A stretch of 64,000 bases of DNA from the human T2T-CHM13v2.0 reference genome, Homo sapiens: NCBI RefSeq assembly GCF_009914755.1, contig NC_060933.1; one strand, written 5' to 3'. A program made the translations under genes and the position numbers. This document shows, piece by piece, positions 19,945 to 33,536 of the stretch (its first letter is position 1; each line of letters begins with the position of its first letter). Under the pieces are notes generated by a model, which saw only the letters and a program-made list of their open reading frames with translations, was not told the origin of the DNA and did not search any database.

Positions 19945-20391
19945 TGTGTCCGGAGTTGGTTCCTTCCAGTGGGCTCTTGGCCTAGCTGACTTCAAGAATG
20001 AAGCCACGAACCTTCCCAGTGAGTGTTACAGGTCTTAAAGGTGGCACAGACCCAAAGAGTGAGCAGCAGCAAGATTTATTGTGGAGAGCAAAAGAACAAA
20101 GCCTCTACACCATGAAAGGGGACCCAGGCAGTTTGCTGGCTGGGGTGGCCAGCTTTTATTCCCTTATTTGTCCCCGCCCACGTCCTGCTGATTGGTTCAT
20201 TTTACAGAGTGCTGATTGGTCCATTTTATAGAGTGCTGACGGGTGCATTTACAATCCTCTAGCTAGACACAGAGCGCTGATTGGTGCGTTTTTACAGAGT
20301 GTTGATTGGTGCGTTTACAATCCTCTAGCTAGACAGAAAAGTTCTCCAAGTCCCCACTGGACCCAGTAAGTCCAGCTGGCTTCACCTCTCA
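19945..20391 (-). mobile_element. Solo LTR12 (ERV9), LTR12F-like
   Basis: GACTTCAAGAATGAAGCC, AGAGTGAGCAGCAGCAAGATTTATT, repeated GCTGATTGGT, GGCTTCACCTCTCA; perfect 4-bp TSD ATGC. Confidence 0.93.
20150..20310 (-). promoter_or_regulatory. LTR12 U3 promoter: four CCAAT boxes, GC box, TATA-like element
   Basis: ATTGG at 20191, 20215, 20280 and 20305; CCCCGCCC at 20172; TTTTATT at 20154. Confidence 0.6.
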
Positions 20392-20794
20392 ATGCCACAC
20401 TAACCAGCATCTTTTCTTGCCTTACAGCTTGTTTTCCCTCACCTTCTTGGCCCTAGGTTTGTACCCCTCATATAAAATACCAGCTCTCTAATCAGGACTC
20501 CAGCTCCTCTTTCTTGAGGACCTGGGTAAGACAGTTATTTTATTTTCCCAATTTACACAATTGAGTTGTGTGTAAAAATGGCTCATTGAGGCATGAAGAG
20601 AAGAATGAGCATAATAACATAAACTACAATTCAGAAAAGCATCCCAAACACGAGCAGTGAGGAAGAATCTCTTGTGAATGCCAAAAGGAGTCTGAGTGGG
20701 TGAAACAAACAATTATTTCACATATGACACAGAAAAAGGAAAATCAAGTTCGATGCAGTCCCCAGCGTACTGTCTTCTATACAACTTTTCAAAC

Positions 20795-21118
<324 letters not shown>

Positions 21119-21835
21119 TTATTTCTGTACAAGAAAACTCTGAGCTCTCCAGTAGAACAATTTAGGTTTTAGGATAAGCACAAAATAATGCTTTGCAGTA
21201 TGCAATTTTGTTGCCAAAACCATAGAGACATCATTCAAACTCCCACTTCTTATACTAAAAACAGGTAGTTTACTTTGCTGCCAAGAATCTTATAAAATCA
21301 TCCCAAATTTACAAATGTTATGCCAGGAGAAAAAGTAGAAAAGTTTATTCACAAAATTTCTTTTTAAAACATCTCTATGGATAGCACATAAAACTCAATG
21401 GCTTAAGATGTGGAAAAGCCATTACTATCATATGCGTATGAGCAGATATTTTATAGCTGGATAAAAATGCCCCTGTCCAAAGTATGAATCAACTTTTGGC
21501 ACATGTGTAAGTCAAGTTAGGCCAGGCGACATGGAGCAACAAATAAACCCTGAAACCGTGCCTTTATAAAGTCTGATGCAGTTGGGTGACCCCTTCCATA
21601 CTGCAGCTGTGCCATGTAGAACGAGTATCTGCCAAGATCACTGCAGCACAGGAAGAGACGGAGGAGGCATGCAGCTCTCAAACACCTTCACCTGGAATGA
21701 CGCATTGAGAAACACCAGGAGGAAACGTGAGGACAACAGGCCATTGCTTCTGCCCGTGGTGCATGTATGAGGGAGAAGTATGAATGGTTTTGTTGTTGCT
21801 GACTACCAACAGGACCCCATGCCTTGGGCGAGTGA

Positions 21836-21858
21836 GTGTGTGTGTGTGTGTGTGTGTG
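21836..21858. repeat. (TG)n microsatellite
   Basis: Seen directly. Confidence 0.95.
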
Positions 21859-21939
21859 AGATTAAATAACCAGGAGATGTGATGTGCCTTGGCAGTGCAG
21901 CCACCAATGGATGTGGATGGGGTCTGTGCTCCATGTGCA

Positions 21940-21953
21940 GCGCGAGGGGGCAG
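21940..21953 (+). promoter_or_regulatory. Candidate CTCF binding site
   Basis: GCGCGAGGGGGCAG differs from CCGCGNGGNGGCAG at one position; both CpGs retained. Confidence 0.45.
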
Positions 21954-22127
21954 TGCCACAAAAGTAAGAGAAGATGCATCTGAATGTCAACCCTACCCCG
22001 GGTTATCCTCTGAGAACACCTAAGGACAACAGCATGCTCCCAACCTTGATTCAGTATTTAAGAAAATGAAAATCACATGTAATCCACATGCTTGTAGTTC
22101 TCTCTTCAGTGTGTTGTGGCAAGACAC

Positions 22128-22560
22128 TGGGACTGAAACACCAAGGCTTCAGTCTAGGTCCTGCTGCTCACTGCACAGAAAGCCAATCACTGAGACAGTA
22201 AGTATTGCCAGGGAAGAAGGCTTAAATCAGGTGCTGCAGCTAAAGAGATGGGAGCTCAGCCTCAAATCCATCTCCCTGGGGGACGCAAATTAAAAGTGGA
22301 CGTAGCAGCGAAGAATGTGACCCTGCATGGGAAAACAAAAATGAGGGAGGGGTAAGGAAGAGGAGTTGGTCCACAAGAAGCTGGTGGTGGGTTAGGCAGT
22401 CATGACCTGTGAGGGGTCTGCAGCATTTTCCAGATGCTGCAATCTGGTGAGTTTCCGTTCCTTGATGCTTATCTGGGAGGTCTGATGATTGGTTTCCTGA
22501 GAAAGAAACTCAGGTAAGACAATTGTAACTTTCTCAAGTTTTAAGACTGAGAGGGGCAGT
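22128..22560 (-). mobile_element. ERV1 LTR, LOR1-like
   Basis: GTCTAGGTCCTGCTGCTC..CAGAAAGCCAATCACTGAGAC..GGTTTCCTGAGAAAG..TAACTTTCTCAAGTTTTAAGACTG. Confidence 0.75.
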
Positions 22561-23879
22561 TCCTGGCATTCACTGAGGCTCACTTCCTTGGACTCTTTGG
22601 AGGTAGAGCTCAGAAATACACATTTTAAACAAGTTCTGCAGAGATTTTTATGCACACCAATTTATTGGTAGGCTTGGAAAACTTTGCTAAAAATGGATAC
22701 ATGAAAACATGAGATGTCAATTGCAACAGGCAATGGAAATGAATTTGAGTTTAAAAGTTCCTCTGTCCTGAAGAAATTTCAGATGGTAACTTTATTTCCA
22801 ACTTATGTGCTCCTTAAGCAATAAAGTTTTCAGTGCTGACATAAGCCAAGTTTCTTGCCTTTTATGGTAAAAACATTAGTGACTCCGTTTCTCCAAGTGC
22901 GAGGACAAAAATCCCAGTAATCCCTCTAATTCATAGCACCTCCACAGATAATGACTGTTTGTTGTCAGATGGAAATAATTTCATTAGCATAAGTGGATGC
23001 GGAGTTTATAAATGCAGACGCATGTGTTTCATATTCTGCTCCTATTTATTTACACATTCTGTAAACACATGTATACACAAAGTCACATGGACATTTTTAG
23101 GCGAGCGCCTGGAACACTGTGCACATGGAAATACCGCAGTTGTTGCCTTCAGGACTTTTTTTGTCAGGTGGCAAGTTGGTTACTGTTCAGAGGATCTCAG
23201 TTACCCCATTACCACCTCTCCCAGGTGAAAATGTGCCCTGCCGCAAGTCAGGCTCTGGAACTTTCTTGAACTTCCTTTTTCTCTTCGAAAAGTCCTGTCC
23301 TCTTAGGGCTCTAATTTATTGGAAAAGTAATTCATTCCCAAATATTCATGGTTTCTAATATGTTAATATCACAGCCTTCTCAAATAACATATCTCTAAAT
23401 CCACAATACTCAAAGTTAATGAAGAGAAGTTCAATCAGGTTGATGAGGAGGCTGGATTGTACACTCCCTTCTGCTAACACAAAAGGCCTTGGACACACCT
23501 GGGATCAAGTCAGAATGAACCTGGTTCTGGAAACACAAGCTTGCACAGTGTAGGGAGAGGCAGGTAGAAAAGGTGGCAGAGCTGTGTGTCTCTTCTGAGC
23601 CTCCCCTGGAGAATGAAATGGACCCAAATGTTATCTACCTCATCAGAAACAATTGGTAACTACAACCCAGTGTCTCCTGAGCTAAATTAGATTTTTGTAC
23701 TACATGCTAAATGTAATGTGACGGGGAAAAAAGAAAGTTAGGTAGAAATCATGCTTTCCAAAGCTCTCTTTATTTAAATGGTCTGTTTTGGTCCAGGGAC
23801 TGTATGATCTTTTTTTCTCTCTCTTTAAATTTATGAAAACTTTTTTTCTGATAGTGAAAGCAAAAATACTAGCTGTCTT

Positions 23880-24015
23880 CTGCTGAGTATACTCTGTGCC
23901 AGGCACATGCTAACTCCTTTACATTAACAGATGAGAAAATGGATGCCTAGAGCCAATAGCTGCCTCAAGATTGAACAGCTAATTAGTAGCTAAACCATGA
24001 TCAGAACCCGAAGCC
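23880..24015 (-). mobile_element. MIR fragment
   Basis: TGTGCCAGGCAC..ACAGATGAGAAAA..CAGCTAATTAGT..GAACCC. Confidence 0.6.
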
Positions 24016-24017
24016 CA

Positions 24018-24340
24018 TGTACTGGAGAGTGTTCCCCTAAAATCCATGTGCTTCCCAGAACCTCAGAATGTGACCTTATTTGGAAATAGGATCATCACAA
24101 ATGTAAGTAAAATGAGGTTATACTGGAGGAGGGAGGGCCCCTAATCTGATATGCCTGGTGTCCTTAGAAGAGGAGAAGAGACAGACACACAAAAAGAATG
24201 TCACCTAATGATGGAGGGGGCAGTGATTGGAGTGAGGAGGAGGCTGGTAACACCAGGAGCTAAGAGAAAGGCGGAACAGGCCCTGTCAACAACTAGACTA
24301 CAGGCTTGTAGCTTCCCCCACTGTGAAATACTACATTTCT
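24018..24340 (+). mobile_element. MLT1C-like MaLR LTR, 3'-truncated
   Basis: GAACCTCAGAATGTGACCTTATTTGGAAATAGG..GGTGTCCTTAGAAGA. Confidence 0.85.
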
Positions 24341-24743
24341 CTTACAATCTGGCTGGCTTAAAAGTAACCAAAATGTATTGTTTCAGAGTTTTCCAGGCTG
24401 GAAATCTGGAGTTATTGTCTCAGTTGTTTCGTACTTTGTTAAAGCTCATGCAGCCTGCCATCTGAAACAATGCACCCTGCAAGGTGCTTAGTGTAGAAAC
24501 TTTGGAAAACAGAGAATTCACTAAGTGCTCATGGTCCCACGTTCCAGAACCAGTCGCTGTAGAGTGTATATTTTCCAGTTTTCTTCACTTGCCTCTGAAG
24601 GCCATTCTGTCCACTTCTACCTTTTAAAAATAGTAGCAGTTCTCTTATGTATTTTCTTCTTTTGTTGTTTGATCAGCTGTACTCTTTATGGGATGTGCTT
24701 TCAAAAGAGTGAGAACCACTGTAAACTCCAGAATCCTGTTTTT

Positions 24744-24814
24744 CATCACCACCGCCACCATCCTCCTCCTCCTTCTCATCACCATCACCATCACCATCAT
24801 CAACACCATCATCA
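24744..24814. repeat. (CAC/CAT/CCT)n trinucleotide low-complexity tract
   Basis: Seen directly. Confidence 0.9.
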
Positions 24815-25528
24815 GCTGGTTAGAATAGGTCCAGTTGAAATGAGAAGTGCCCCTACCCCAATCTTTGACTCAAAGCTTTGACACTAAAAACGGAACCACA
24901 GTCTCTGATGAGACTCCCCAGAAGATGGCAGTGTGGATCACAAAACCACACTATCCACTCAGTACCACTGAGCCCCAGCCCGTGGATCCTGGTGTAACCA
25001 GAAGGCCCCGGGCCTGCGGCCTTGGTAGCCAGGCCACCCGCTGCCCTGATGAGGCTGCTGGGAGTGAGTATTCCAGCTCTGCGTGGTCCTTTCGTCTTGT
25101 GAAAGAGAAAAACATTGAACTACAACTTTAAGCTCTTCATTTGAAGAAAGTTACAGTTCAGACACTGGAGATTTTTGTCACCAATATTTCAAGGTATCCA
25201 CTCTAATGTCTATATTCTATCTCCTACTTATCTGAAGGGTTTAAGGCAGGCATCTCAGTATTGTGGATAAAAGAAGGAAGGGCTGAGAAAGAATTAAATG
25301 GAGAAAGTTCAGAAGGAGCAATGAAACAGAATACCAGGATCATTTATTTAATGCTTAATAGCTGTGGGATCCAGGGATACTCAATCCTCTGTTTTTTTCT
25401 TTCTTTTTTTTCCATGGGCATAATATCTGTTGCTGATTCTGCACTGTTTAACACAGCTCAAATGAGAAAATGACTATTAAAACTGTAAGATAGTATTTCT
25501 ATCATTAAATATCCTTTGTATGATCTAG

Positions 25529-25709
25529 CAGGGATTCTTAAACATGATCAGAATCACCTAGATGGCTTATTAAACCATGGATTGCTGGGCTCTACCCCAT
25601 CATTTCTGATTCAGTAGGTCTCAAGAGGGGCCAGAGAATTTGCAGCCCTAACAAATTTCCAGGTGATGCTGATGCTGCTGGTCCATGGAGGACACTTTGA
25701 GAACCACTG
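25529..25709. mobile_element. MER5A MITE
   Basis: ATCAGAATCACCT..TTTCTGATTCAGTAGGTCT..CCAGGTGATGCTGATGCTGCTGGTCC..CACTTTGAGAACCACTG. Confidence 0.9.
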
Positions 25710-25726
25710 GGCTACAACAAATCTAA

Positions 25727-26081
<355 letters not shown>

Positions 26082-27155
26082 CCTAGGTGACTTTTTAATG
26101 CAAAATTAAGGATAGCATTTCACAAAATTAGGAAATGCTGTTTGTGTATGTGTGAGTGTGTTCAGTGTCTAGATGTACCCAAAGGTAACCATCTTAGAGA
26201 TCACACCATTTCCAGTGGGTGTGGAACTTGCACAAGTGCGTGTTTTCCACCTTATGGTGTCTACATACCCCACTCACTGCCATGAGAACCTGGTGGCTAC
26301 TGAATTGACAGTCGGATCAATGTGACCCGACGGTTCCCTCAAAGACCAAAAGAAAAGCTTACAGACCACAGGACCTCCCTTGAGAATGTCACAAGAAGAG
26401 GTTGTGTTTGGTCACTGCTGGGCTTACAGCCCTTTACCTGGGTCCATTTTCCCTATAGGTTTATTTATTGCTTACTGTCCATCTTTCTCTCTACCCCCCA
26501 CATGTAAAAATTTAATATGTCCCAAGAACAGTGGCTGGCAAAGGACAGGCATGCAGCAATTGTGTTGAATGAATAGATAAACGCTGGCAGTGCCCTTCTC
26601 TTCCCAAACACTTAAATGAGTTTGTGAAACGCATTTATGTGAGCCTGCTTAACACCTTCCAGAACAACTGTGAGGAAAGTTTCACATCGTTCCAGCAAAA
26701 CCCACAGTCACCATTATAAACTATAAAACCCAGGTATTTGGAGAGGAGGCCCCAAATCCTTACTCACATCTTAAGCCAATCAAAATCCACGTAATTCAAT
26801 CAAGAGTTAATCAACATCAATGAACACAGAATTATAGAACCAAAGAAGTTAGCGCTGGAAGGGGCTAAAAGATTCTGTAAGTCGCGGTACTCTCTGAATG
26901 AAGAAGCAGAAGGCCCCTCCTGACTATGTGGCTGTGGAGGAGCCCATGAAGAGTGAAGGGTGGGTGTCCCCTCCTAGGCTGGTGCTCCTGCTTAGCTTCT
27001 CTCCCGGACACCCTGAGACTGAGAAGCTCGCAGTGATGCCCTCCCACTAGCCCCATGTGGACATGATGCAAAGGGGAAGTGTGAGGACCAGCGGCCAGCT
27101 CCTGGCTCGCCCAGAGGCTCATCCCTATCACTCTGTTGACCTAAAAATAACGTAA

Positions 27156-27752
<597 letters not shown>

Positions 27753-27806
27753 TAAGGATCTGCCTTGAGAGCCTTAATAGACCAGGAAGATTTAAAAATA
27801 AAGGCT

Positions 27807-27965
27807 GGCTGGGTGTGGTCGCTCATGCGCATCATCCCAGCACTTTGGGAGACCAAGGTGGGAGGATTGCTTGAGGCCAGGAGTTCAAGACCAGCCTGAG
27901 CAATAGAGAGAGATCCCCCGTCACTATTAAAGTGAAAAAAAAGTAAAAATAATAATAAAATAAAA
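27807..27965 (+). mobile_element. FLAM_C / Alu monomer
   Basis: Left monomer plus A-rich tail; TSD AAAAATAAAGG. Confidence 0.85.
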
Positions 27966-28254
27966 ATAAAGGATCAGAGGGACCAGAAGCTCAGAGAAGG
28001 TATAAATGGAAAGAAACAGAGGTAGATCCTTAAATGCTCTCAAAGTCAAACTAGATAAAAGGCAGCATTAGTAGAATTCCCATCCCTTGAACACTGACAG
28101 TGTTGCAGCCAGCCAGCCAAGTGTTTCATCTTTAGTGACATTCAATTCGCTACCAAGCTGTGCAGTGCATACTAGACTGAGCCACATAAAATTGCCATAT
28201 TTATAAGTCAAAAATGGTTGAGCAACGACAATATTATTTGGTTCTAAGATGGAT

Positions 28255-28400
28255 CATTCCCATGTTACAGATAAGGAGCCTGAGCCTCAGAATGGAGAAA
28301 TATCCTGGCAGTAGTCATTGTGCTGGAAAATGGCGTAGAGCAAGATTTTGAACCCAAATCTGATAGACTCCAAAATCCATTCTCTTTCCACTAAACTATG
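28255..28400 (-). mobile_element. MIR fragment
   Basis: CCCATGTTACAGATAAGG..GATTTTGAACCCA..GACTCCAAAATCCAT. Confidence 0.7.
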
Positions 28401-30221
28401 GGGCTAGATAAGAAGGTGAAGCTCAGGAAAAGCCATAGGCAATTGCACTGTTTGTACTGTACTCGATAACATTTCTTTTCATAACTCATAATCCTTTATT
28501 CTCCCTTTATAGTCATAAATAATGCACTTCAGGAAAACTGCAAGTACCATCTTGAAGGAGCCCTAAGTACTGAAAGAACCACAAATGATTGTTTCCAGGT
28601 TATCAAATTTTAATAACATTATTTTATTACAATACAACATCTGTCCTTTTAAAGACAATGTTCCAAGAACTCATTATGCAATTATAAAATAATAAAGCTC
28701 TTCATAGAGTGAAGAACCAAAGGCAGTTCCTCCTTGTAGCAACACTCAGCATCTCCTGAAAATTTTTTTTAAAAATCCTAAGCATGCAATATTGCTTCTT
28801 CAGGCAAGAGTAGATACAGCACAAAGTAAGTATAAGTGAGGAACTGAATAAAACATGACTCAAAATGAATCTGATGTGTATACGTGACACTCCTAACGAT
28901 ATCCTAGGGTAAGAACAGTCTTAAAGTTTGGTCATTTCTCAGTTGACTGAGATGGCAAAGGCTTTTACATACAACCAAGTTGAATCTTTGGCATTTTCTC
29001 TTCTTTTGTGTTCTAGTATCATTATTGACAAGTTTTCCCTTGTTATGGGTTATTTAATTCTAAATGCAAACACTTGTTTTTGGAATTTAATACACAGTCA
29101 TAATTTTAAAAATCAGGTAATAAATAAAAGTACAAAAAAAATAGCAAATAAACCACCCCAAATCCCACTTAGTCTCACCAGAAATAGAAGATTTGATGCT
29201 AATTTTCCACAGAATTACCTTTGGTGCATACTTCAGGGCATACTGAAGCCACTCACAGAAAGGAGGAGAAAGTGGTTGTAATAGATCTGGGCACGTAATT
29301 CAATTTCATACAACAGCCACCCTGGGTTCTATTTGTGGATGATCTTTTGGATTAACAAGTGGATAGATTTCCCATCCCATAAACTTGATTCATAAGCACA
29401 CGTGTTAAAGAAAACTTTAAGTGCATTTCCCCCTCATTTTAATTAGGGTCCATGTAAAATATTTTTGCTCCAATTATAACCAGAACTACAAATACCTCCC
29501 CTCTTCAACCCAAAGAAGCAGTTACGAGTCCTTTGTGGCGTGTTCCAGTTCTGACTTGAGTATCACTGCATTTTTTCCCAGAAGAGCAATCTCTTGGGAA
29601 AAGAGTCAGGCCACTTTGGGTAAGATGTCATGGCGACGGCTTAAACTGAAGACAGATAGTGGAAATAGACCTTTTCAAACTTTCAAAACCCAGACTTATG
29701 ATCCATTCTGCTTTTAACCATGGAGGACCCAAATATGACATGAGAAATTGGAATAATTTTATTCTCTAAAAGCACCAGTAAGCTCCCGCTCCTGGAAACA
29801 TATTAGAAAAGTTTTTGCCCTTTGCCCTTTGCATAGATAGGTCCAAAGACCTTCCCAGGCTATAATTTTTTTTATCATGTACCACAGCAGAGATCAACAA
29901 AACTGAGTTGCACTGTGGCTGCTGAGCAAGTGGCTCAGCCCACTCACTAGCCCAGGGACTCCCTTCTGCAAACCAGGCTTCCAGAACAGGGGATTCTCTT
30001 CTGTGCAGAGGCGAAAGTATCAAATCACTGCGTGGCTTGGACTTCTCAAATAGCTGAAAGCCCAAATATTGAATCTGCAAAAGCTAGGAGCAAGGTAGTA
30101 ATGTATTTGACTTCTAGTCTACAGAGCCAAAGTTCAGCTCTGGCTCTGACATTTACATGATCTTGGGTGAACTCCCTAATCTCTCTGTTGTACAGGGTGA
30201 AGATAAAAACAACACACTGTT

Positions 30222-30561
<340 letters not shown>

Positions 30562-31146
30562 TCATCAGGGTTGTCCCTTCTGCTTCCACTGAATTCCATT
30601 TCTGTTTCATCTCAGGTTCTCTACTTGCTGTTCACGTTCCATGTGTCAAACCAGATGTGGGATTTGCACCCTATCCTCAACTTCCCTCCCAAAAAAGTTA
30701 CATGAGGCCTATGCTTGTAGCAGACTTTACTAAGGTCTTTGAGGATACTCAGTGGGTTTATATGGCAGAAACTCCAAAATAATTTAAAACTGAGTCTGGG
30801 ACTCACCTGCTTTGAAAAATTCTTTAGCCATTCTACCACCGGGCCCCTTGCTGCACTCTTTAAATTCTTTTCTTCTCAAGAACCCAAAATACATACAGGC
30901 TTACACTCTCCCTTTTCACCTGCTGCACTCCCTGCCTGACACCCAGCCTCTCCCTTGCTTGCTTAGAAGAGCCACGTGCATTCTGCTCACACAAGTTGGC
31001 ATCTGCCCAGACACCTCCTTTTCTTCTTTCTCCTCCAGTGTTTGTGAAGGAAAGAGCATGGTAGAGGCATTTTATTTCTCCTAGAATATAAATTATGCCA
31101 CCATTACCTCTCCCCTTTAGAAGACAGAAGCAGCTATAGTCCATTT

Positions 31147-31460
<314 letters not shown>

Positions 31461-31489
31461 CATTTGTATTTAACAATAGGTTTTTGAAT

Positions 31490-32225
31490 TGTTCATTCAT
31501 TCATTCATTCAACAAAGAGGTATTGGCCGGTCACAGTTGTTCATTCCTGTAATCTCAGTACTTTGGGAGGCCAAAGTGGGAGATCGCTTGAGGCCAGGAG
31601 TTTGAGACCAGCCTGGCAACATAGCCAGACCCCATCTCTACAAAAATAAAAAAAAAAGTAGCCAGGCATGGTAGCGTGTGCCTGTTGTTCTAGCTACTCG
31701 GGAGGCCGAGGCAGGAAGATTGCCTGAACCCAGGAGTTTGAAGTTGCAGTGAGCTGTGGTTGTGCCACTGCACTCCAGTCCAGGTGACAGAATGAGATCT
31801 ATCTCCAAAAACAAGAACAAACCAAGTATGTGTGTGTTTCTTTCAATGTGCCAGGCCCTATTCTAGATGCTGGGTTGTGACCACAGCCAAAAATCCCTGC
31901 CACTATGGAGCTCATATTTGGATGGTGACAAGGAACACAACAGACAATAAACCAATATATAATTAAAGTAAATGTATATCAGACTGTGACAGGTGGGGAA
32001 AGATAAAGCAGGATAGGGTGACAGAAAGAAATGGCAAGACGGTGGGGGACAGGTGGCTTGCAATTTTAAATTAGGTAGTCAGGGAAGAAGACCCCATTGA
32101 GGAGGGGCCATTTTAGCAAAGACCTGCAATGTGTCTGGGAGTGAGTCATGTGACTGGGGAAGAGGGGCAAGGATGGAAAATGTCACAGGCTGAGGAAGCA
32201 GCCTGTGCCAGGGTCCTGAGGCAGG
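31490..32225 (-). mobile_element. L2 3' region, containing a plus-strand AluJ (31526-31822)
   Basis: (CATT)n end, ATGTGCCAGGCCCTATTCTAGATGCTGGG, CCCTGCC..ATGGAGCT. Confidence 0.8.
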
Positions 32226-33063
32226 TTGCTGTCACATCAGTAGCTTTTCCTTTCTGTAATGGACAGGATAAGATTTCACCTTTTGCTCAGCTCAATGTCA
32301 GGCATTTCTTCAGGGTCCCAGAATTTCCTCAACTTTGTCCCCACCTTCCTTGTGTATTTCCTGTTGATTCTGCCTCCTAAATGTACCTTGAGCCTAGCCC
32401 TTCCCCTCCATTTGACCGGCCATGGCACTGGGTTGTGCATGCAATTTCTCCCCTGGTCTACAGGTGTAGCTTCCTAACTGGAGAGTCTGCCCCACTTCGA
32501 CTCCCACCTGGGTGACTTAGAATTCAAACCTGATCTCACCACTCTGCTGCATTAAGTATTTCAATTCCTTCCAGCCCCCATAACCTTCAGAAAACAATTC
32601 AAGCTCGCTAGCATGGCAATAGCAAAGATTGTCAGCCCCCCACCCATGCCCCTCAGCACCTGCTGTTCCAGATGATGCCCGCAGGGCCCTGCTGCAAGCA
32701 CCTGCTGCTCTTCACTTGAGGGATTGCTCTTGGTTTTGGGCAGTGAGCCTTAAGTGCGAGGAAGTTAATGCTCCCAGGCAGCAGCCCTCAGCCAGTGAGA
32801 GATGGGAATGGAAGGACCAATTGTCCACCTTGCCCACCCCTGAGGGAGGGGGCAGTGCAGAGAGAATCACTTTGAGGTGTTTTCTACACTGTCTGCCAGA
32901 TTTTTCCTGGTGGCATTGACTCCCAGTGCCCACAGGGCCACGATGCCCATTATTCTGACCTTCTTACCTTCCCCCTCCCGCCTTCCCACCAGCCCCCACT
33001 GGAGCTTCCTAGAATCATCCCTCAAATAAACAACTTGTACTCAAATCTTTGTGTTTTGACTAT

Positions 33064-33536
33064 TGTTGTGGGTTGAATTATGTCCTCTAAAAAGTTGAAG
33101 TTCTAACCCCTGGTACCTGTAAACATGACCTGATTTGGAAATAGGGTTTTCATGGATCTAATCAGATATATTTCATGGATATAACTAAGATGAGGGGTGG
33201 GCCCTGATCCACTATGATTAGTATTCTTATAAGAGTAGAGCGAGCACACATAAGGAAGAGAACGCCATGTGAACAGGGAGAGGGGAGGTCAGGTGGCAGA
33301 AGAATAGAGACTGGAGTGCCATGTCTCCAACCAAGGGATGCCAAAGATTCGCAGTAACATGGGAAGCTAAGAGAAGGGCATGGCACAGGTTCCCCCTGAG
33401 CCTTCAGAGGGGGTGTGGCCCTGCCAACACCTTTGTTTCAGGCTTCTGTCCTCCAGAACTGGGAAGGAATACATTTCTGTTGTTTTAAGCCTCCTAGTTT
33501 ATGGTACTGTGTTACAGGGGTCCTAGAAAACTAACA
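33064..33536 (+). mobile_element. MLT1C-like MaLR solo LTR
   Basis: TGTTGTGGGTTGAATT..TTTGGAAATAGGGT..GGCCCTGCCAACACCTT..TTTCTGTTGTTTTAAGCC..GAAAACTAACA. Confidence 0.9.

Noticed and set aside
24525-24881. ORF with a poly-His/Pro tract
   Set aside because: Produced by a CAC/CAT microsatellite; no splice or homology support
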